DNA from: Bacillota bacterium
GTDB lineage: Bacteria; Bacillota; SHA-98; UBA4971
Assembly (NCBI GenBank): GCA_012842395.1
Contig: DUSX01000020.1
Coordinates: 43,413-107,412, forward strand
Reading direction: 5' to 3'
DNA: 64,000 nucleotides
This document shows positions 17,821 through 24,968 of the stretch, piece by piece. The notes beneath the pieces are model-generated. The model was given only the letters and a program-made list of their open reading frames with translations, was not told the origin of the DNA and did no database searches. Within the stretch, counting starts at the first letter, position 1. Every line of letters starts with the position of its first letter. A program made the position numbers and the translations under genes.

Positions 17821-17855
17821 CAGAAGGGCAAGGGCTGCAGGCCCTTGCCCTTCTG
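17821..17855. repeat. Perfect 15-bp stem / 5-nt loop hairpin
   Basis: CAGAAGGGCAAGGGC-TGCAG-GCCCTTGCCCTTCTG. It lies just downstream of the minus-strand fragment gene that ends at 17939. No clear U-tract. Confidence 0.8.
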
Positions 17856-17938
17856 TGCTCATCCGCGAACCCCAACCGTAGGCCCGGGGGCTCTCAAGCG
17901 ATCTGTGTATCCCCACCGCGTCGAGGTGCCTTCTACTT

Positions 17939-18740
17939 CTACCTGTTGCTCGGCCCCGAGCCGCTGTACCTCGCGGAAACGGGGGCGACCCTGACAGTCC
18001 GTATCCCGGCCTGGCTCAAGAGATAGACAATCTGGTTCTCCCAGTACTCGACGGCGTCAGCCTTTCCATCGGCGTCGACATCGTTGGCCACATTCGCATC
18101 GTCCGCGGCATCATCCAACAGGAATGCATTGAAGATGGTGCGTCCCGCGTTTGCGATGAATATGGTTGCCTTGCCCGGTTCGGAGGATTCCGTCGTGCCG
18201 GCCAGGGCGATTCCGGTGCCCGTAGGATCTCCAGGGAATGTGTCGACGCCGTACCATGCGTCTGAGAGCGCTGTGAAGTCGGGCACATCGTTCGGCGTGC
18301 TAAAGATGGGGTGCGCCGCCACCCATCTGTAGATCGGATATGCGTCACCGTCTGGCGCTGCACCTGACGTTGACCCGAGCGTTCCCCACAATGGTTTCCG
18401 TGAACGTGTATCCGAGGTTCATCAGCGCTTCCGTCGCGAAATGGTGCTCGCCATCATCGTAGACCAGTATCTTCGCCTTTCTCAGGCTGAAGTCCACCTG
18501 AGTAGTCTTGCCGGACGTCACAACCACACTAGATTTCACCTGGGGAACGTAGCCCTCCTTCTGAACACCCACGGTATACGTCCCGGGGGCGACGCTCACC
18601 GTTTGGTGTCCGGTTGGGGCGACGCGTCCTGGAGTCCATACAGCATACAGCAGGGGCGGTTGGGCAACCGCCTTGGCTCGCCGTGCTTGCTGCGTCGGAT
18701 ATCTTAGTCCTGCGGGCTGCGAAAGGAGATGGGCCATCAC
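17939..18740 (-). pseudogene. N-terminally truncated, frameshifted fragment of a secreted protein (CarboxypepD_reg-like beta-sandwich plus an unidentified C-terminal domain)
   Basis: ORFs 18345-18740 and 17939-18391 join as ...LGYTFTETI(V)/WGTLGSTSGAAPDG..., with a 1-nt frame change at a G run (ATTGTGGGGAA). There is no signal peptide or RBS at the 5' end. Confidence 0.55.
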
Positions 18741-18912
18741 AGAGAGAAATCACAACGAGACCAGACAGTCCGTCGCGTGGCCCTGAAGTGTCCACGACAC
18801 CGGAGCAACTCCCCGCTCAAGTAACGAGATACTGGTCGCGGGGGAGAAGACTGGTCGCTGGGGAAGATGAGGAGTCGTCCACCTCGCGTAAGATGATAGG
18901 AGGGGGCACACG

Positions 18913-20157
18913 GTGCCTAGCAAGCCCAGTGATGATCGTTACTGCGCCTGTCTTGCTGCGATGCGGCGCTTCAAGCCGCACAGCGCCTACGCAAATCCGT
19001 CTGGGTATTTCCGGGTCGGCGAGGACTGTCTTAGAGCATTGCCTGACGCGATCTCTTACTGGCGGCTGCAACACATAGAGGTCCCGCCTTGCATCCCTTG
19101 CAGAGATGAACTGCCCAATGTCTACATGCGATTTGGGCGTTGGGACGATGCCATCCGTGTCGTACACTCCGTCCTTGAGGCAGGTGCAATGGACCCTGAG
19201 CACTATGATGAGACAACTGCGTGGATAATGAAGTGCAAGGAGGCTGCAGAGGGGGCTCTTCAATGCATCAAGGAGCACCCTGGCATTAGCTCAAAACGGT
19301 TGTACTCCTTGCTGCCACATGTCGATCGAGAGGCCCTCAAATGGTTCACGAGGTACTCATGGCAGATTGAGAAACCCAAGGACGGTAGCATGACTGCACT
19401 CTACGCCATGGGGGAAGCCCCTGGACAGCCCCCAGAGGTGCCCGTGCTATCCAAGGATTCCATTGACCCTTCGTGGGGGATCGCTGCTTGTGTAGACGTA
19501 GAAACCACTGGGCTAAGCCCGGCGACCCACGAACTCATAGAACTGGCCGTCGTGCTATTCGCTTTCGAGCGTGAAACGGGCAAAATCATGGGAATCGTTG
19601 ACGAGTACGTCGGACAGCGTGAGCCGAGGCGTCCGATTCCGCCGGATGCCACCTGGGTGCACGGCCTTACACGAGAAGTGCTCAAGGGCAAAACCCTCGA
19701 TGAAGACAGAATAAGGTCCATTGCTAGCCGTGCTGAGTTCTACATAGCACACAACGCCGAATTCGACTGCGGTTTCGCCCAGCGGTACCTGCCGAAAAAA
19801 CCGTGGTTCTGTTCGATGTCGTGCGTGGACTGGACGAAGTACGGATGTAAGCGACGGAGCTTGCCTTACCTCTTGGAATACCACCGGATCAGGACAAATG
19901 AGCAACACAGGGCGGCCTCGGATGCATGTGCTGTCCTCCAGTTACTGTCTCTGACGAATGCGGATGGGGAAACGTACCTGAAGACAATGCTCTCAGGAAA
20001 GCGTGTTAGCATCCGCGCCAGCGAACCAATCCCGCACAGCCACGAGGAGGCCGGAGCAAAACCTGGGAGAACCGGATGTGCGGCCAGCATCATGGCGCTA
20101 GCCCTGCTAGGAGGCCTTGCCGCATGCGCGATAGCGTGCATGCTGTCGAGGAATTGA
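18913..20157 (+). CDS. DEDDh (DnaQ/epsilon-like) 3'-5' exonuclease with an uncharacterised ~190-aa N-terminal domain and a C-terminal transmembrane anchor
   Basis: GTG start 6 nt after AGGAGGGGG. ExoI is ACVDVETTGL, ExoII is YIAHNAEFDCGF, ExoIII is HRAASDACA. The C-terminus AASIMALALLGGLAACAIACML is hydrophobic. Confidence 0.8.
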   Translation: MPSKPSDDRYCACLAAMRRFKPHSAYANPSGYFRVGEDCLRALPDAISYWRLQHIEVPPCIPCRDELPNVYMRFGRWDDAIRVVHSVLEAGAMDPEHYDETTAWIMKCKEAAEGALQCIKEHPGISSKRLYSLLPHVDREALKWFTRYSWQIEKPKDGSMTALYAMGEAPGQPPEVPVLSKDSIDPSWGIAACVDVETTGLSPATHELIELAVVLFAFERETGKIMGIVDEYVGQREPRRPIPPDATWVHGLTREVLKGKTLDEDRIRSIASRAEFYIAHNAEFDCGFAQRYLPKKPWFCSMSCVDWTKYGCKRRSLPYLLEYHRIRTNEQHRAASDACAVLQLLSLTNADGETYLKTMLSGKRVSIRASEPIPHSHEEAGAKPGRTGCAASIMALALLGGLAACAIACMLSRN

Positions 20158-20316
20158 GCCAACGGAAAGTCAGCGGATCCGCTGACGGCAGAAACGTTAT
20201 TCCCAGGGGGGCGGTGATGGCTGGGAAAAGGAAGAATCTCCGTCCCCTCCGCGCTTTCCTTTCAGATGCAGTCTCGTTCGGAGGTCGTTTGATTAGAAGA
20301 AGGAGAACGGATCTCA

Positions 20317-20345
20317 TTGCTTCCGGGGCGACTTGCCGGTACAAT
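20317..20345 (+). promoter_or_regulatory. sigma70-type promoter upstream of the MntA-like gene
   Basis: TTGCTT, 17 nt of spacer, then TACAAT (20340-20345). Confidence 0.45.
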
Positions 20346-20409
20346 CAAGCCGTAGGCGGGACGTGACTCATGAGGCTCCTTCTGAGGTCCGGGAGTCTTC
20401 GGGAGTCTT

Positions 20410-20787
20410 TTGGGGCCTCCTGAACGAAAGGTTCGGGACCCGTTCGGGTCGCATGCCAGGGGTAAGGCAACACGACGCTCAGACGTGGATGTGGCAGTAT
20501 ACTTCGCCGACGCACACGATTTGACCTCAGTCAACGGCATCGCAGCAGAGCTCGAGGCGCTCCTTCGCAAAGATGTCGACCTCATCGTCTTGAACGAAGC
20601 AAACGCGTCAGTGGCGTGGGCAGCTTTGAGAGGCATACCCCCTCGTCGTTCGCGACAGGGCATTCTATCTGCAGTACATGCTGATGTCTCGCGCGAGGCG
20701 GAAGACTTCAGCGAGTTGCTCAATGACCCGTGGAGACTCCGGCGGGCACACCGTCGGACTGCCGAGCACAAACACGTGGGCGCCTAG
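20410..20787 (+). CDS. MntA-like nucleotidyltransferase (type VII antitoxin family), possibly degraded
   Basis: ...PFGSHARGKATRRSDVDVAVYF...DVDLIVLNEA. The upstream ATG at 20370 is thrown out of frame by a 10-nt tandem duplication. The C-terminal third reads more family-like in another frame. Confidence 0.5.
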   Translation: MGPPERKVRDPFGSHARGKATRRSDVDVAVYFADAHDLTSVNGIAAELEALLRKDVDLIVLNEANASVAWAALRGIPPRRSRQGILSAVHADVSREAEDFSELLNDPWRLRRAHRRTAEHKHVGA

Positions 20788-20948
20788 ACGTGGACCGGAC
20801 TTCCAGGGACAGCATAATCAGGAGGCTTGAGTTTGCTAGGACAGAGCTCGGGGACCTCGGAGAATTCAGCGATCTCGAGTTCTCTCGTGCACAGGCTTTC
20901 TTAGACAGGATCGAAGACTGGATGGCTGCCGGAGACGCACAGGTCTAG
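20784..20948 (+). pseudogene. Truncated HepT/DUF86-like toxin remnant
   Basis: Only an N-terminal-like stretch is present (DRTSRDSIIRRLEFARTELGDLGEFSDLEF). No RxxxxH HEPN motif before the stop. Confidence 0.3.
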
Positions 20949-21355
20949 CGGGTCGGTACCGGGCCTCGTGCCCAGCGCCTCTTTGCCATACAGCATCCAG
21001 CTTCGTCCTCCGGGCCCCGTTCAGTATTTGGCTCCGACCCCAGCGCGCCGTCCAGCATTCTACCCCGGGTCTGCGCGTCCCTCCGAGCCTCGTTCCGCGT
21101 CCCCCTTCACCCCGCGCGCCATCAGATGTGCAGCTCTCCCTCCCGTGTCTCGTTTAGAATTGAGCTTGGCCGAATAGGGCTTGGCCCCAGAGCCCCGTCT
21201 TGTGCAACTTGCGCTTGTGCAGGTTGCTCTCGCGGAAGCCATGCGTGTGCACGTCATCCTTGAGCGAGTTGCGTCCGACCGAGCCACTTCGAGAAGGAAT
21301 CGGCGCCTCCCTGCTGAACGTCACAACAGAGCGAGACGTTCAGGGAGGGGTGGGC

Positions 21356-22321
21356 ATGCTGACCACGAGAGAGCCGATTACGTTTGTGAACGAGGGCCAG
21401 AAGCTCATAGGTGTCATTCATCGTCCGGCTGCGGCAGACCAGGACAAGGTTCCGGCAGTGGTCCTATTCCATGGGTTCACGGGAACCAAGGTCGAGCCAC
21501 ATCGCATCTTCGTCAAGGCCGCGGAGGCGCTGGCGCGTGCAGGGATCGTCGCCTTGCGGTTCGATTTCCGTGGCTCGGGCGACAGCGAGGGAGATTTCGA
21601 GGACATGACTCTGCCGGGAGAGATCTCGGACGCCAGGGTTTCGCTGGACTACGTGTCCGGCCTTCCGGGGGTGGACGGGAACAACATTGGGATACTCGGC
21701 CTCAGCATGGGCGGGGCTGTGGCCGCGTCCGTCAGCGACGATCCGAGGGTCAGGTCCGTGGTGTTGTGGTCCGCGGTGGCGGACTTGGAAAGCACGTTCC
21801 TGGTGCCTGCGAAGTCGGGCGCATGGCGGGAAGTCTCCGGCGTTGGCGACGCGGACGCGGAAAGCTCGGACCGGGCGACCGCAAATCGAGCCGGTGACGG
21901 GAGCGGCGCGGGCGGACCCGGTGGAGTGGACGCAGCAAGTGGAGCGGGTGGAGATGAACGAAAGAACCGCACGCAGTCTGAAAGTTGGGGTAACGGCCAG
22001 ATACCCCCGTTCGCGATACCGCGAAGGGCGGACGTGAGGGGCAACGTGGTTGGAAGGGACTTCATATTGACCCTCACCGAGGCGAGGCCGCTGGAGACTG
22101 TGCGCAGGTGCAAGGCCCCGGTCCTCGTGATCCACGGCGACCAGGACGAATCTGTTCCGGTCAGCCATAGCGCGATGTACGAGAGGGCTATAAAGGAGGC
22201 TGGCGGGACCGTCGAGGTGCACATTGTCGCCGGGGCGGACCACACGTTCAATTCGGCGGTGTGGGAGGCCGAAGTGATACGCAAGACCGTCGAGTGGTTC
22301 AAGAGATGCCTGCTCAGGTAG
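21356..22321 (+). CDS. Alpha/beta hydrolase (BAAT/DLH-like) with a ~55-aa low-complexity insertion
   Basis: VVLFHGFTGTK..., nucleophile elbow GILGLSMGG, ...VLVIHGDQDESV...GADHTF. Start ATG 21356 after GGGAGGGG. The insertion reads SGVGDADAESSDRATANRAGDGSGAGGPGGVDAASGAGGDE. Confidence 0.8.
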   Translation: MLTTREPITFVNEGQKLIGVIHRPAAADQDKVPAVVLFHGFTGTKVEPHRIFVKAAEALARAGIVALRFDFRGSGDSEGDFEDMTLPGEISDARVSLDYVSGLPGVDGNNIGILGLSMGGAVAASVSDDPRVRSVVLWSAVADLESTFLVPAKSGAWREVSGVGDADAESSDRATANRAGDGSGAGGPGGVDAASGAGGDERKNRTQSESWGNGQIPPFAIPRRADVRGNVVGRDFILTLTEARPLETVRRCKAPVLVIHGDQDESVPVSHSAMYERAIKEAGGTVEVHIVAGADHTFNSAVWEAEVIRKTVEWFKRCLLR

Positions 22322-22541
22322 CAGGATGGTCGGCAAAACAAGTGGCCGCCGCGCGCGGCCCCCGGCGGCGGGCAACAGGGCCGGCCAGCAGCACCGCCGG
22401 CTGCCGTGGCATACCGCAGCGTACGTGACCCAGCGGGGGGCACGGCTGGCGCAACGCCGGATGACCCGGCCGGCAGCACGACGCGTTGCCCGCTGCGAGG
22501 CGTGCGCTTGGCGGCCAACGTGAGGCGCACAGCTACTGGGC

Positions 22542-23381
22542 TTAAGAGCGGGAATGTGGTCGTTGGCTCCGGCGCCCTGACAGAGGGTGGCTCGGCTCTG
22601 ACTCACGCCAATCTTCATTTCGAGTTGCTGCAGAGAATGAGTTAAGGTACACCATCAGCAAATCATCCGTCACCCGGTGCTGATAATCCCACAACTGGCC
22701 ATTGTATTTCTGTGCCAGCGTCCTTAGATCTGGAAGGGCAAAGAAGTCGAACACGGCTCGGGGGAGGTCAGTCAAGGAGACTTGCGGTGCACCCAGAATC
22801 TCCAAGGCGAAAAGCTGCAGTATGATCCGGGCTTGGTCCTCGCCAACCGGGAGTCTCCTGCACAAAGCCGGCTGACCGTCGCGTCTCGCCACTACGCCGA
22901 AATGCTCGAGGGTCTGAATGAAGGCTCTCGTTGACCGGACCACCACGTCCCGCTCGCCTAGACTCTCTGTCATTTTCGCCTTCAGAAACGCCATTTTGAC
23001 CTCACTGCCGAAATCGTAAAGCCGGAAAATGTGGTCGGAGATCCTTCGCAACACCTCTGTCCGAGCCACCAAGTAGAAGAGGTAGATTGGCGTCATGAAA
23101 GCCAAGTCGTGCTGCAGACTCAAATCCCTTAATACCAGATTCTGTCTCACCCTCGACTTGTCTTGGTCATCGCGCAAGAAACACCGGAAAAGCACAGTAC
23201 GGACTTTGCGCTTCCCCTCCCTGCCGGTTAGCTCCCGCACTATGTGCTCGAACGGGGCATTCAGCTCCGACAGCCTCTGGCCCGGCCTGGCCAGGCGTAG
23301 GCTTTCGTAGATCCAGTGCGGCCTGAGCGGCCGATCAAAGCCGACTAGCGTGTCTCTCACCAATCGTCTTCCTCCCGCCAA
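22542..23381 (-). CDS. brxA: Protein in the BrxA position of the type 3 BREX operon (DUF1819-like?)
   Basis: Last gene of the co-directional cluster, 39 nt after pglZ. Assigned mainly by position in the canonical BREX-3 order; I recognised no diagnostic motif. Confidence 0.45.
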   Translation of the reverse strand: MAGGRRLVRDTLVGFDRPLRPHWIYESLRLARPGQRLSELNAPFEHIVRELTGREGKRKVRTVLFRCFLRDDQDKSRVRQNLVLRDLSLQHDLAFMTPIYLFYLVARTEVLRRISDHIFRLYDFGSEVKMAFLKAKMTESLGERDVVVRSTRAFIQTLEHFGVVARRDGQPALCRRLPVGEDQARIILQLFALEILGAPQVSLTDLPRAVFDFFALPDLRTLAQKYNGQLWDYQHRVTDDLLMVYLNSFSAATRNEDWRESEPSHPLSGRRSQRPHSRS

Positions 23382-23420
23382 ACGAAACGCCGGGTGGGTA
23401 TGTACAGCCTCGGACCGAAT

Positions 23421-24968
23421 TCACCCCTGCACTTCAATGAAAGGCACAATCGCTTCCTCTGGGTGAATACCGCCGTGGCTAATGCCCGCCTCTCCTGCCG
23501 GTGCAAACATCTCCCGGCCGACTGGAAAGATGGCCACCGCATCTCCAAAGAGATAACCGTTCTCGTATACTAGCACGTCTTTCCCTTCCGCGAAATCCTT
23601 TGCCAGGATCTTGTTGGGGAACAGCAGCGCCCGCCGGGCCTTCTCTTCCACCAGCCACTTGCTGGCCTGGTGGCCGTTGCCCCGGCACCACACCGAACCA
23701 TGATCGGCAGTGACGTAGACTCGGTAGCCCACCTCTAGCAGTCTCTGCACCGTGTCGGCAAACCCAGATCTGTCCAGCTCCACAAGAAGGTTCGTCTGCA
23801 TCGGTTCCTTGCTGTCCTGCACACCCACGGCGGCGTGTGCTAGGTTGTCCACCAGGTTACAAGACATGGCGAGGTAGTCAAAACTCAGGTACTCGTCCCG
23901 CCACCTGAGGTTGGTATTCGTGAATATCCAGGCTGACCGGCGCTCTCCATCGGGCCATTTCTGCCGGACAAACCGCAGAAAGCCCTTTTCTTCGTCTAGG
24001 TGGCCCTCGGGTGCAGGCAGGCCACAAAACAGGGCGCGCCGTGAGGTCCGGGTCAAGGTGGGCAGGAGGGCGAAGACGGCCACTACGTCGAATCTATGTA
24101 ACCCGTGACTCGTCAAATACCGCCTCAGGCAGCACCATTCCTGAAACCCCATGCCATCCATACAGATTAGGGCCTTCTTAGCAGCCGGCTGGTAGGCCAA
24201 GAAGTGCAGCACCTTATCAACGGTGGCCGGCCTGGTGAGATAGCCTTCGTAGAAGAGCTTACAGTAACAAGTCCGGATGTATTCAGCGAATGCTTCACTA
24301 ATCTTCTGGTCCAAAGCATCAATCTCCGGTGGTTTCGTCCCCGCCTGGCAGTAACAATAAGATAACTCTCCCCACAGGGGGGCTACGGCGCGCCAGTCGA
24401 CCGGGCGGCACGCCAGGAGCCCCTCGATCTCCCGGACCAGGGCTTGACAGCGACATTTTACGTCGCCGTCCTCATGCGTGCAAGGTCTGGCCTCGTCAGC
24501 GCTGTGAGATTCACCGCGCCTCGCGTGCGCTGCCGTCCCATCCAGCCACTCGATGAGCACTGCTTTGGTTTCTTCTACGTCCAAGGGCCGAAGCATCTGC
24601 TCCCGCTGTTCGTAGACCTCATAGAGCCGCTGGTACTGCTCTTCTGGCAGGTCTGCGAGTGCCGCAGGGTGGAGTTTCGGAAAGACCTCCGCGAGCTGCC
24701 ACGAGATCACATCAGATCTGCTCTCCACGTCGTAAGGAAGGTGGCCGTGCTCTGGGGGCTTGAAGATAAGCATGCGTCTGCTGGCATTCTCCCTGAGGAA
24801 ACGCCGCAAAGACAGCTCTCCTTTGTAATCATGGAGAGCGAAAGCACCCGCCAGTGCCGTCCGTAGTTCGGCCAATCGGCCGAGGCGGTCGTGGTCGATG
24901 ACCACAATCACGTCGTGGTAGGACCGCGCTATCTTATTGACCAACTTCGCGTACCATTTCTCACCCAT
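23421..24968 (-). CDS. pglZ: BREX PglZ-domain (alkaline-phosphatase fold) protein
   Basis: ALICMDGMGFQEW... and VYVTADHGSVW match PglZ hallmarks (DG(L/M) and T.DHG). Start reassigned to ATG 24968 (MGEKWYAKL), which overlaps the brxHII stop as TAATG. Confidence 0.75.
   Translation of the reverse strand: MGEKWYAKLVNKIARSYHDVIVVIDHDRLGRLAELRTALAGAFALHDYKGELSLRRFLRENASRRMLIFKPPEHGHLPYDVESRSDVISWQLAEVFPKLHPAALADLPEEQYQRLYEVYEQREQMLRPLDVEETKAVLIEWLDGTAAHARRGESHSADEARPCTHEDGDVKCRCQALVREIEGLLACRPVDWRAVAPLWGELSYCYCQAGTKPPEIDALDQKISEAFAEYIRTCYCKLFYEGYLTRPATVDKVLHFLAYQPAAKKALICMDGMGFQEWCCLRRYLTSHGLHRFDVVAVFALLPTLTRTSRRALFCGLPAPEGHLDEEKGFLRFVRQKWPDGERRSAWIFTNTNLRWRDEYLSFDYLAMSCNLVDNLAHAAVGVQDSKEPMQTNLLVELDRSGFADTVQRLLEVGYRVYVTADHGSVWCRGNGHQASKWLVEEKARRALLFPNKILAKDFAEGKDVLVYENGYLFGDAVAIFPVGREMFAPAGEAGISHGGIHPEEAIVPFIEVQG

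Noticed and set aside
20169-20186. 18-bp palindrome GTCAGCGGATCCGCTGAC just after the exonuclease stop codon
   Set aside because: A possible terminator stem, but it has no U-tract and only 6-8 bp. It contains a BamHI-like GGATCC core, which is probably coincidental. Not called.
21464-22618. 384-aa and 293-aa minus-strand ORFs antisense to the alpha/beta hydrolase gene
   Set aside because: Arg/Pro/Ala-rich with no recognisable motifs or RBS. The plus-strand hydrolase has GxSxG, a strong RBS and family-like sequence.
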